From Candidatus Levyibacteriota bacterium (lineage in GTDB: Bacteria; Patescibacteriota; Microgenomatia; Levybacterales; UBA12049): a DNA stretch of 64,000 nt. Location: positions 51,862-115,861 of the forward strand of contig JBBRCK010000001.1 in NCBI GenBank assembly GCA_038205015.1, written 5' to 3'. The notes beneath the pieces were generated by a model. It had not been told where the DNA came from. It ran no database searches and saw only the letters and a program-made list of their open reading frames with translations. Positions 37,582-46,783 of this stretch are shown here, piece after piece. Made by a program: the position numbers and the translations under genes. Numbering within the stretch: position 1 is the stretch's first letter; each line of letters begins with the position of its first letter.

Positions 37582-38898
37582 ATGTTAAAAACAAAAGATC
37601 CGCAAATCTATAATTTAATTAAAGAAGAAGAGAAAAGACAAAAAGAAGTTTTGGAAATGATTCCTTCGGAAAATTACACCTCGTCGGATGTGTTGGAAGC
37701 TTTGGGAACGGTTTTAAATAATAAATACTCAGAAGGTTATCCTAAAAGAAGATATTATCAGGGAAATAAAGTAGTTGATGAGGTAGAAATTTTGGCAGAA
37801 GAAAGAGCCCAAAAACTTTTTGGGGTTCCTTATGTAAACGTTCAGGCTTTATCGGGCTCGGTAATGAATCTGGCAGTATATTTTGCGCTTCTAAAACCAT
37901 TGCAGGGTAAAATAATGGGACTTTCTTTAGCCTTTGGAGGTCATTTAACTCACGGACAGCCTCAATCATCAAGCGGGCAGTTTTTTAAATCCACTCTTTA
38001 TACTTTAGGAAAAGATTCAAAGCTTGATTTTGATGCAATAGAAAAACAGGCCATCAAAGAAAAACCCGATATAATTGTTTGCGGATTTACCGCCTACTCA
38101 AGCATTATTGATTTTAAGCGATTTGGAGAAATTGCAGATAAGGTTGGAGCTTATCTTCTAGCAGATATTTCTCATATTGCAGGGCTTGTTGTAGCGGGTG
38201 TTCATCCATCACCTGTTGAATATGCTCACATTGTTACAACAACAACGCATAAGACGCTTAGAGGTCCTAGGGGAGCCTTGATTATGATAACAGACAAGGG
38301 TATTAAAAAAGATGTAGATTTACCAAAGAAAATTGATACGGCAATAATTCCGGGATTGCAGGGCGGTCCTCATGATAATCAGACTGCCGCCATTGCAGTA
38401 TCACTTTTAGAAGCGTCAAGACCTAATTTTAAAATGTATGCAAAACAAATTGTGGTAAATTCAAAAGCTTTGGCAAAAGAACTGACCGGTTACGGATTTA
38501 ATCTGGTTAGTGGGGGAAGTGAAAACCATTTAATTTTAATTGATTTAAAAAACAAAAAGGTTAATGGTGCTATTGCCGCTTTAGCTTTGGAAGTTGCAGG
38601 AATTGTTGTTAATAAAAACGGAGTACCATTTGATACTAATCCTCCATTTTACCCATCCGGAATTCGCTTGGGAACACCGGCGATTACTACCAGAGGATTA
38701 AAGGAAAAAGATATGCCGCAGGTGGCTAAATGGATAAATTTAGCAGTTGAAGAGGTGTCTAGTTATCAATTGCCGGATGATAAAGAAAAGAGAAAAGAAT
38801 ACTTTAAAAAAATAAAAAAAGAAATTTATGTTAATAAGAATCTCCTTAAGATATCTGTGGAAGTAAAAGACTTTATTATAAAATTCCCCCTGCCGTAA
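37582..38898 (+). CDS. glyA: Serine hydroxymethyltransferase
   Basis: SHMT PLP-site block VTTTTHKTLRGPRGA and full-length similarity. Confidence 0.9.
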   Translation: MLKTKDPQIYNLIKEEEKRQKEVLEMIPSENYTSSDVLEALGTVLNNKYSEGYPKRRYYQGNKVVDEVEILAEERAQKLFGVPYVNVQALSGSVMNLAVYFALLKPLQGKIMGLSLAFGGHLTHGQPQSSSGQFFKSTLYTLGKDSKLDFDAIEKQAIKEKPDIIVCGFTAYSSIIDFKRFGEIADKVGAYLLADISHIAGLVVAGVHPSPVEYAHIVTTTTHKTLRGPRGALIMITDKGIKKDVDLPKKIDTAIIPGLQGGPHDNQTAAIAVSLLEASRPNFKMYAKQIVVNSKALAKELTGYGFNLVSGGSENHLILIDLKNKKVNGAIAALALEVAGIVVNKNGVPFDTNPPFYPSGIRLGTPAITTRGLKEKDMPQVAKWINLAVEEVSSYQLPDDKEKRKEYFKKIKKEIYVNKNLLKISVEVKDFIIKFPLP

Positions 38899-38912
38899 TT
38901 CAGTTTTTAATT

Positions 38913-39257
38913 ATGAGTAAACATGAAGGAATATCATTGTCGTATTTTGAAGCAGTTCTTCATCGAAGGCATAGAGCGACTTTAAGTTCTGAAATAGCAG
39001 ATTGTTTTAAGTATTTTGAAGATAATTCACCATCTAAGAAAGCTTTTGGCGATGAGCAAATGTCTTTAATCCATAATAATAGGCTTACTCTAAGAAGGGT
39101 TACAGAGGGAAAGGGTTATTCAGTCGAAATAGATGGAGTAGTAAGGGTGGTTGGAGTAGATCCAATTCCTAGGACAGAGCAATTAGAAATTGTAGGAATG
39201 ATTAGAAATGTAACTATTCCTTATGCCCAGCATGTAGCGAAAAAACTATATAGGTAA
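38913..39257 (+). CDS. Hypothetical protein
   Basis: 114-aa ORF, Arg/Val/Glu-rich. Confidence 0.4.
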   Translation: MSKHEGISLSYFEAVLHRRHRATLSSEIADCFKYFEDNSPSKKAFGDEQMSLIHNNRLTLRRVTEGKGYSVEIDGVVRVVGVDPIPRTEQLEIVGMIRNVTIPYAQHVAKKLYR

Positions 39258-39272
39258 TGTTAATTTAAAATT

Positions 39273-39758
39273 ATGAAAATCGGTATAGAAACTGATTTGG
39301 GTTACAAAAGAGAACCTAAATTTAAAACAATAAAAAGAGCGCCAAGAAAGGTTGGCGGTTTAGAACATGCAGAAATTTCCAGAAGAAGAATTGAGCAAGC
39401 AGAGTTATTAGCAGAAGAAGAATTAATTACAGCTCGAGAAGAATTTAGATTTGCTCATATTGGTGGGTCTTTGCAAGACATCTCTTTAATCCCTGAGACA
39501 ATACCAATACAAGAGCAGGTAGAGATTGTCCTTTTTCCAGAAGCAACGGTTGACGCTCCAACCACAAGAAGCGGAGATTTGGCTAAAAAAAGAGGGGAGA
39601 TAATAAATACATGGCTAGAGGATCCGTGGGCGATTTCAAGAACATCAGGGAACTTAAGTTTTTGGGGTAGGCATTTGCCAAGAATTGTAAGGTTTGCCAG
39701 AACATTAAGAAACAAGGGAAAGCTTCATCCAGGAATTGATAAAATATTAGACCAGTAA
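39273..39758 (+). CDS. Hypothetical protein
   Basis: 161-aa ORF, Arg/Glu-rich. Confidence 0.4.
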   Translation: MKIGIETDLGYKREPKFKTIKRAPRKVGGLEHAEISRRRIEQAELLAEEELITAREEFRFAHIGGSLQDISLIPETIPIQEQVEIVLFPEATVDAPTTRSGDLAKKRGEIINTWLEDPWAISRTSGNLSFWGRHLPRIVRFARTLRNKGKLHPGIDKILDQ

Positions 39759-39760
39759 TA

Positions 39761-40513
39761 TTATCGTCCGCCGAATCTTCGCTGTCTTCCAGAGTATTCT
39801 TTTAAGGCGTTTGCGATATCAAAATCTGTAAGTTCAGGTAAATTATTTTTTACCGGTACAAATTCTGCCAAAGAGGCAAGTGGTCCAAATCCTGACATTC
39901 TTTGTTCGCCGGAAGTTCTTAAAACCATATCAAAAAGGGGAAGATCGGAATTAATTTTTGATAATAAGTCGTAGGTTTTAGTGGTAGCATCAATTGCTCT
40001 TTCCTTAGCAAATTCTTCTAGCTGATATCTTTCTCCGTAATCTATAAAAACAGCCAGGGTTTTATAAGTGCAATCTTTGGTTTTTTCCATAGCGTCTTTA
40101 ATGGTTGCAAAAACAAAAGGATATTCCTTTTTAAGTCTTTCTTTTTTGCCTATAACTAAAAATTTAATATTTTCATGAATCATTTTTTCTAAATTTTGGT
40201 TAATTGTGTCTTCAACCACTTCCATTATTTTGCTGATTTCATCTGTTTGTCTTTTCCAATTATCTTCCGAAAATCCCCAAATTCCCAGCACCTTGATATC
40301 GATTTTTAAAAAGTGATCGAGAATTTTAGACATTGTCCTTCCGCCTTCTTGATGACCTTCGGAAATTGAAAGTCCCAGGCTTTTTGCCCATCTTCCGTTT
40401 CCATCGGGAATAATTAAAAGCGAATCTGGAAGATTTAAGGAGTTTAGCTGTTCAAGGGCTAAATCTTGAGTTTTTTCTTCAACATGTTGTTTAATTTTAG
40501 AATGAATACCCAC
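39761..40513 (-). CDS. uppS: Undecaprenyl-diphosphate synthase (cis-isoprenyl transferase)
   Basis: IIPDGNGRWAK...GGRTMSKIL...GIWGFSEDNWKR and C-terminal RRFGG. Confidence 0.8.
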   Translation of the reverse strand: MGIHSKIKQHVEEKTQDLALEQLNSLNLPDSLLIIPDGNGRWAKSLGLSISEGHQEGGRTMSKILDHFLKIDIKVLGIWGFSEDNWKRQTDEISKIMEVVEDTINQNLEKMIHENIKFLVIGKKERLKKEYPFVFATIKDAMEKTKDCTYKTLAVFIDYGERYQLEEFAKERAIDATTKTYDLLSKINSDLPLFDMVLRTSGEQRMSGFGPLASLAEFVPVKNNLPELTDFDIANALKEYSGRQRRFGGR

Positions 40514-40565
40514 AGAAGGTATTATACTAATTCTAAATCAAAATTTAAAGCTTAAAGCTCTAAAT

Positions 40566-43500
40566 TTATGGGGCTATCTCTTTCCAAACTCTTCGGGTAG
40601 TTTTGAAAAAGTCAGGCGCATTAATTATAAAATCGGGTCTTTCGATTATCGAGAATGCTGGGCAGGAAAGGTCTTGTGCGCAAAGGTCTCTTTCGTTAAC
40701 AAAGCCTCCGTTTACAAAGTTTCCCTGTTGAACCATAGAAGCTTTATCGTTTAGACCGGCGTTAACCACTATCGAGCCGGCAACATTAAGCCTACGGTCG
40801 TTTGCCGGGCAGGAATCTGAACCCTTAACATAAAAGTGTTTGTCCGTAGAATAGTAGCCTTCGATATTAAATCTTGTTTTTGTAGGATCCACCTCTCCTA
40901 TTAATTTACCCACGGATATATCACCCGATGTGATAAAGGTTGCAGTCGAACCTTTTGGCACATGAATCTCAGTATTATCAGTTTCATTCCCAATATTTAA
41001 ATTACCGTGAACTAAGATTACAAAATTTTTCTTAGCAGGGAAAGTATATGAACTACCCTTTAGGTTTAAACCACCTTCTGCAATATAGAAGCCATTTGGT
41101 AGATTTGCTATCAGTTGGCAATTATTAAGTCCTCCTCCTCCGCAAAATGGAGCAAGATCGGTTGGAGTAATGCCTGCACTATTGGCAATAGATGAAACAT
41201 AGTTATAGGAAGTTTTCATAACACCGGGGCTTTGAAATGAATATACATCAGGATAAGTTACTCCACCCACGATCCAGTTATACGGATTTTGAGATGCTTG
41301 ACCGAAGCCGAAATCATATGCGCCTGCCCCTGAAAAAATAACTCCGGGAGTAGCTCCACTTCCAACAACCGTGCCCAAAAGTGATGTATTTGTGCCGCAT
41401 ATTACTTTACCCGGCGGAACGTCTTGTGGAATTGGATTGTAAAATCCTCCTCCGGTTGGATCGGCAACCGAAGCTCCGGTGATGTCTCCGCCAATTGCTT
41501 GTATCCAAGGCAAAGAATTTGAAATACCAAAGTTAAGTCCGGTAATGTTTCCATTCACGTCACAGCTTGCACCTTTTGCACCATTAGTGGTGCACGTACC
41601 GTTGCCAACTGTCACGGTAAAAGAGTAAGTGCCGAGGTTACCCTTAGGATTAGTTACTTCGTATCTTGGTGGGGGGTTGGTATAAGTTATTTTATAAGTT
41701 CCACCCGGTAGATTTGATATTTTATAATTTCCTGCCGGAGCAGGATAAGTTACATTTCCGCCGGTTGAGGTAATTGAGATTGGGCTTTGATAATTTAAAT
41801 CTGTACCAGCCTGTTGTATGCCGTCTTTATTTTGGTCTACGAATACATCTCCTGTTAGATTATATATAGGAACAATCTTAATTCCGCCGTTGCCTAAACC
41901 AAGGCCGTTTGATATTCCGTAAGGCGTGCAAAGCGTTGTATTTGCTTGGCAAACGTTTACGGTTGGATAGCCGTAAGTATTTTCAATAAAGTATGGATTT
42001 GGCGCTGTCCATATAGCAGTTGAGCTCCCAGGGCTACCTGATGTTGTCGGAGTAGTACTGGTTATTGCTCCTGGGAGGGGAGAGGAAGCTAGCCAGTCAT
42101 AAGTTAAGGTTCCGCCTTGTCCTCCGGCAACGCAATTATTGGCCGTTAGGGTGGAAACTTGTCCGGGATTTCTGGAGTTAAAATCTACAGTAAGACCACC
42201 TGAGCAGATTGGAGCTGGTGGTCTTATACCAAAATTCAAAGTGGTTCCTGGTCCCACAGTTGCTGTTCGATTAGGTGAGGCAGGCGTAGTTAGAACATAA
42301 TTAGTAGGGACAGTTAAATTAACAGGATATGTAGCCGGAAATAAGTCAGCGCTAATAACTTGTCCAGCTGCATTTGTCGTATCGTTTACGCCGTTAATTT
42401 TAACAGTTGCTCCTGAATACATTGGTTCGGTTACTCCAACATATCCGCCAACTCCGTGAACGTCTCTTGCTTTATTTCCATTTAAATCCTGATATACATT
42501 TGCAGTAATATTGAACATGCAAGGACCAAGTGTTCTTGGTGAATTAGATAATTCGTTTAGTGTTCCGTCTATTTCACTTTTTGCGTATGCATGGATTGCG
42601 TGGCTAGAATTGTCAATTACCGAGGCCGGAGCGTTAAATAAGAATTGATGACTAGAACTTCCGCCGCATGCTGCATCTACACTTGCGCGTGCCGAAAGAT
42701 TGGCTACGGTAGTTCCTAAAGTTGTAGCTCCATCTTTAAGAGTAACGGTAAGCTTAGTACTAAAATTATTATATGCTCCCTGGCATGCCCATCCCCAAAA
42801 AGAAGGAGTACTAGAAGTAGTATGATAAACTGGGTCATCTGGGGGAACACAACTCGCTCCATCTAGAGAACCTTTTGACGAAGGACACATTGGTACTACA
42901 AAACTTTTAATACCAGAATAAGTTGTGCCATGACAATTATCTGCTTTTACCCGCCATTGGTAAGTATGATTTTGGTCGGTATTGGGAACTGGAATCGTAT
43001 AACTTAAAGCCATGTTTCTGTCTACGCTTGTCCATCCTGGACAGCTCCCGCCGCCAATCCCGCAATCCCTGTATTGCGCAGTATAATTTGTTGTACGGGC
43101 TGTGGCATCCCAACTAACGGTTACGTTATTTGGATTACTATCTCCTACGCAAGTTAGTCCGGTTGCATTATTTAGGCTTGGAGTACCAGGGTCAGATGAA
43201 TATGCGCAGCATCCAGCCGTACAGCTGTTATCTGTCCATGTTGAATATGAACACGTAGTATTCTTAGCAGATCCAGAACAATCATTTCCGCCTCTTTTGT
43301 GGCAAGTTCCAGTGCAGCTACTAGTCGTATTACAAAGCCATGCACAGGTGCCCCCCCAAATCCATCCTGAATTTGCGCAATATTGTGGATTATGATTTTG
43401 CGGGCACATCTGAGTAAAGCTAATTGAACGGTAAGAGCTTGTATAATTAAGGTATTTACAAGCAGCAAAATTTGGATCTAAAGTGCTTCCGCATGTGCTG

Positions 43501-43928
43501 GGGTTTTTGCAGGATATATTAAAATGATAATAATATTTTTTGAACCCGCCGTCGAATTTTGGAACAACAGTCCCAGTGTAAGAAGTAGTTGAGACTTGCG
43601 GATCGGCGCAGCTGGTTGCCCAAGTAACTTTTGCAAGACTAGGTAAATCTCCAAACTTATCGATACCTTCTATTGGAATAATATAAGAGCTGTTACGATC
43701 AATCCATACCGTATCTGATTGAGCTTTAACATTTAGGGTATCATCATTCGCTCCCCAGTAGTGAACCTGCCATTTTATATCGTTAGTATTATCAAGTGAT
43801 ATATAGATTACACATCCACCATCATATCCGCATGTTTTTGCGTATGATTGTTTTGGTAAAGACAAAGACATAGAACAAAGTGTTATAAGAAATAAAAATA
43901 AAAAGATTATTTGTTTTAATATTTTCAT
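40566..43928 (-). CDS. Giant secreted Cys/Thr/Gly/Asn-rich surface protein with SdrD-B/Cna-B-like repeats (adhesin-like)
   Basis: 1120 aa; N-terminal signal peptide; >40 Cys in N-terminal half; two SdrD-B-like repeats; local GC about 45%, well above surroundings. Confidence 0.6.
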   Translation of the reverse strand: MKILKQIIFLFLFLITLCSMSLSLPKQSYAKTCGYDGGCVIYISLDNTNDIKWQVHYWGANDDTLNVKAQSDTVWIDRNSSYIIPIEGIDKFGDLPSLAKVTWATSCADPQVSTTSYTGTVVPKFDGGFKKYYYHFNISCKNPSTCGSTLDPNFAACKYLNYTSSYRSISFTQMCPQNHNPQYCANSGWIWGGTCAWLCNTTSSCTGTCHKRGGNDCSGSAKNTTCSYSTWTDNSCTAGCCAYSSDPGTPSLNNATGLTCVGDSNPNNVTVSWDATARTTNYTAQYRDCGIGGGSCPGWTSVDRNMALSYTIPVPNTDQNHTYQWRVKADNCHGTTYSGIKSFVVPMCPSSKGSLDGASCVPPDDPVYHTTSSTPSFWGWACQGAYNNFSTKLTVTLKDGATTLGTTVANLSARASVDAACGGSSSHQFLFNAPASVIDNSSHAIHAYAKSEIDGTLNELSNSPRTLGPCMFNITANVYQDLNGNKARDVHGVGGYVGVTEPMYSGATVKINGVNDTTNAAGQVISADLFPATYPVNLTVPTNYVLTTPASPNRTATVGPGTTLNFGIRPPAPICSGGLTVDFNSRNPGQVSTLTANNCVAGGQGGTLTYDWLASSPLPGAITSTTPTTSGSPGSSTAIWTAPNPYFIENTYGYPTVNVCQANTTLCTPYGISNGLGLGNGGIKIVPIYNLTGDVFVDQNKDGIQQAGTDLNYQSPISITSTGGNVTYPAPAGNYKISNLPGGTYKITYTNPPPRYEVTNPKGNLGTYSFTVTVGNGTCTTNGAKGASCDVNGNITGLNFGISNSLPWIQAIGGDITGASVADPTGGGFYNPIPQDVPPGKVICGTNTSLLGTVVGSGATPGVIFSGAGAYDFGFGQASQNPYNWIVGGVTYPDVYSFQSPGVMKTSYNYVSSIANSAGITPTDLAPFCGGGGLNNCQLIANLPNGFYIAEGGLNLKGSSYTFPAKKNFVILVHGNLNIGNETDNTEIHVPKGSTATFITSGDISVGKLIGEVDPTKTRFNIEGYYSTDKHFYVKGSDSCPANDRRLNVAGSIVVNAGLNDKASMVQQGNFVNGGFVNERDLCAQDLSCPAFSIIERPDFIINAPDFFKTTRRVWKEIAP

Positions 43929-44644
43929 GGCTTTTTAATGATTTTAAACTCTATTAACATACCATATTCTTTAGGGTAATATTGTTTTATAAAAGCATTT
44001 ATTTCGTCGGCGATTTTATTATTTAGATTTGTTTTAATAAAATCAGGATCGTCCCTAATATTGTTTTCGGCAGAGGCATACATATTTGCTTTAGCCAATT
44101 TTGAATTGCTTGGAAAATACATTGCACTTTTTAAATTTTGAATTGCTGTATTTCTAGAGGCATTTGGAATTGCAGAAACAGAATTAATCTCATTAATAAT
44201 GCTTAGTATTTCTAAAGGTTCTCTAGAGTCAGCGCATATAGAATCTATACACGTAACAGAAAAATCATTTTTATTATAAAATTTAGGAAAGTTATCTTTA
44301 GCAAAGGTATTTAAGTCATTTGCTATAAAATTATAAATGGCATGAGAATTATTAAGTGAATAAGCCCTAGATAAAAAAAATGCAATTTTTGAAGTTGCAT
44401 TATAATTATCTTGAGGTGATGAATTCTTGTTTTCTAAAATACCAAACGGATATGTAGTCTTATTTTGCGCATTGCTTCCTGATAACTTTAGGGAATTAAA
44501 TTTTGTTTTTATATAAGTATAGTTTTTTAGATTATTTCCAAGTGAAGATGTACTCTTTGATTGATAGTTAATTGTTAATATTCCAACAAATAGAATAATT
44601 ACGCAGATTATTAACAAGACAAGTATAATTTTTTTGTTTGACAT
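43925..44644 (-). CDS. Hypothetical N-terminally membrane-anchored Asn-rich protein
   Basis: 239 aa; 4-nt overlap with the giant surface protein gene. Confidence 0.45.
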   Translation of the reverse strand: MSNKKIILVLLIICVIILFVGILTINYQSKSTSSLGNNLKNYTYIKTKFNSLKLSGSNAQNKTTYPFGILENKNSSPQDNYNATSKIAFFLSRAYSLNNSHAIYNFIANDLNTFAKDNFPKFYNKNDFSVTCIDSICADSREPLEILSIINEINSVSAIPNASRNTAIQNLKSAMYFPSNSKLAKANMYASAENNIRDDPDFIKTNLNNKIADEINAFIKQYYPKEYGMLIEFKIIKKP

Positions 44645-44720
44645 AACAAAGACTTTAATAATAAAGTACTATTCTAAGACTAAAGGCTGACTAGGAATTT
44701 GTCAATGTTTTTGTTGAATT

Positions 44721-45359
44721 TTAATAATTCTGTACAAAGAGGGCAACAGCTTGCGTTAAATTGCTAATTCCAGCTTTTGTTGTAAACACTTTTTGTAGCT
44801 CGAAGCTAGCAAGGCTAAAACCGAAAGCTTTTGCTTCTACTGATTGTGGGTTTTTGGCTATAGCTTTTAAAGCGCCACCAGTTGTTAGTATTTCGCATTG
44901 ACCCCAACGTGTATTTTGGTCTAAACTTGAATTTTTGCAATCTTTGTATGTATTAGGGAATTGACCAGCAGTTGGTGCAGCAGGAGATGCCATGAGTGCA
45001 CTATAAGCTTCGTCTAATTTAGCAACGGTTATGGGTGTTTTATATTTATCTAAAGCATGTCCTCCTGCATTAAGGTCAGCAAGAAAGCTATCAGCGCTAA
45101 AGGATTCTGCTGGGGATTGTGATGCTTCAGGTGTTATGCTTGGGGAAGGTGATACGAATGGCGATTCAGTTGGCACAATTGTCATGGAAGGAATAGGCGA
45201 TTCAGTTGGTGCGGCTGGAGTAGCGGTTAAAGCTGGAGTATTTGCCGGTGTTCTTTCTGGCGTTGGATTTGGTGTTTGAGTCGCAGCGGGAGAACAAGCC
45301 TCTAAAGACCCAGTTAATAATACTCCTGCTACTAATAAATTTCTAACTCGCTCGTTCAT
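44721..45359 (-). CDS. Hypothetical secreted protein/lipoprotein with Pro/Thr/Ser-rich linker
   Basis: 212 aa; signal peptide ending LEAC; PT-rich region then a globular C-terminal domain. Confidence 0.45.
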   Translation of the reverse strand: MNERVRNLLVAGVLLTGSLEACSPAATQTPNPTPERTPANTPALTATPAAPTESPIPSMTIVPTESPFVSPSPSITPEASQSPAESFSADSFLADLNAGGHALDKYKTPITVAKLDEAYSALMASPAAPTAGQFPNTYKDCKNSSLDQNTRWGQCEILTTGGALKAIAKNPQSVEAKAFGFSLASFELQKVFTTKAGISNLTQAVALFVQNY

Positions 45360-45412
45360 ATATGGTATGGATATTACTATAGGTAAAGGGCATTGTCAAG
45401 CATCAACATATG

Positions 45413-45940
45413 CTAGTTGTAGACCATTATTTTATTAATATAATTTATCTTATTGACTGTTTTATATTCCACTTCAACATTTTTGTTTAAATTTGCTTTT
45501 TGATCTAAATCATATAGGGTTCCTAATTGAGTTTCATTTGATTTATCTGACTTTAAAAATATGCTATCAGAATTGTAAGTAAGATCCATTGTATTTATAA
45601 TTCCAACTTTTACTTTTATTTTCTCATTATTGTATTGAGAAAGTGTTCCTTTTACTGTCCAGGTTTTTGCATCAACATTATATTTTGGTCCGGAAGGAGG
45701 TGATTTTGGAAGGTTTTTTGTAACAGGCGAAGCCGAATTTAGGGCAATAACATTAAAATAATTTAAAATTCCTAGAAAAATTAAAAATATAATTACCGGA
45801 AAAATAGTTGCCAAAAGTAGAGTAATTAAAAATTTTGTTATCCTAGAACTGTTTTGTTTAGGAGAATTATTTGATTTATTGGAATAAGAAAATCCTTCTG
45901 TTTTTGGTTGGAAAGTTATGTCTTGGATTGAATCGGGCAT
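45413..45940 (-). CDS. Hypothetical membrane-anchored protein
   Basis: 175 aa; one TM; N-terminal ITFQPKTE shared with the next gene. Confidence 0.4.
   Translation of the reverse strand: MPDSIQDITFQPKTEGFSYSNKSNNSPKQNSSRITKFLITLLLATIFPVIIFLIFLGILNYFNVIALNSASPVTKNLPKSPPSGPKYNVDAKTWTVKGTLSQYNNEKIKVKVGIINTMDLTYNSDSIFLKSDKSNETQLGTLYDLDQKANLNKNVEVEYKTVNKINYINKIMVYN
45900..45919. repeat. 20-nt perfect direct repeat GTTTTTGGTTGGAAAGTTAT (copy 1); copy 2 at 46076..46095
   Basis: exact identity read directly; encodes ITFQPKTE in both adjacent genes. Confidence 0.85.
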
Positions 45941-45978
45941 AGCAATATATTAAAGCTAACTTGAATTTTAGTCAACGA

Positions 45979-46617
45979 TTAATACCCAGAAGATGTTGCT
46001 TTAGGAGCAAGAGTAAAGTTTGCATCAACTGTAGATTTTAAAGCCGAAGAAGTAAGTCCTTCGGATGTTACTTCGGTTTTTGGTTGGAAAGTTATCGCAA
46101 TCGGAGTTGATTTTTGTCCCGGTAAAACAGAAAAATTAATCGTTGCCACAATGCCTTGTCCTAAAATTCCATTTTTAACTCCTTGCTGTGTTGGAACGCT
46201 AACTGCAAAACTGATCCTGCCGTTAACCGCATCAATAGTTTTAATATTTACAACCGGATCGACAAAGAACGGTCCGGGATTGATATTAACTTTTGTTAAA
46301 ACCTTTGGGTCATAAGAAAGTTCAAGCTGCACCGAAGTTACCGAATTTTGTCCTGTATTTATAACAACGTCAGTTGTATACGCAGAAGGAGTAGAAAGGG
46401 GTGAAGGAAGAGAAGAAATAGTTAAAACAGTTTGAACAGGATCCGGAACTGTGGCTGTTGGGATTTGTTGTGTAACTGCCGGTTTTGGTTTTTGTGTAAC
46501 GGCAATATATAAAAGTCCGAAAGCTGCAAAACTTAAAATTAAGATTAATAAAAATGTTTTTATTGCCATACCTTTTTTGGGTGTTTGAGAAACATTTTGG
46601 TCAACTGCCTCATCCAT
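45979..46617 (-). CDS. Hypothetical membrane-anchored beta-rich protein
   Basis: 212 aa; one TM then a Pro/Thr linker and a beta-strand-rich domain. Confidence 0.45.
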   Translation of the reverse strand: MDEAVDQNVSQTPKKGMAIKTFLLILILSFAAFGLLYIAVTQKPKPAVTQQIPTATVPDPVQTVLTISSLPSPLSTPSAYTTDVVINTGQNSVTSVQLELSYDPKVLTKVNINPGPFFVDPVVNIKTIDAVNGRISFAVSVPTQQGVKNGILGQGIVATINFSVLPGQKSTPIAITFQPKTEVTSEGLTSSALKSTVDANFTLAPKATSSGY

Positions 46618-46677
46618 GTTGTTTCTATACTATTTTTAATTGTAGTTAATGTCAAGTTTAACAAGAAAAATAATTAT

Positions 46678-46705
46678 TGCAATAATCCCCAGGCTTATAT
46701 ATAAT
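46678..46705 (+). promoter_or_regulatory. Sigma70-like promoter (TTGCAA, 16-nt spacer, TATAAT) for rpsB-tsf-frr, with a 78-nt leader containing a CATTCGGAT direct repeat
   Basis: hexamers read directly. Confidence 0.4.
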
Positions 46706-46783
46706 AGTACACATTACTCACATTCGGATATCTATCCCTGAGTTTAAAACTTCATTCGGATGGCGGTTTAAGGGATATAAATT

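Noticed and set aside
42923-43468. ORFs 42923..43117(+), 43102..43395(+), 43172..43468(-)
   Set aside because: Embedded in the GC-elevated giant surface-protein gene; the higher GC lowers stop-codon frequency in alternative frames
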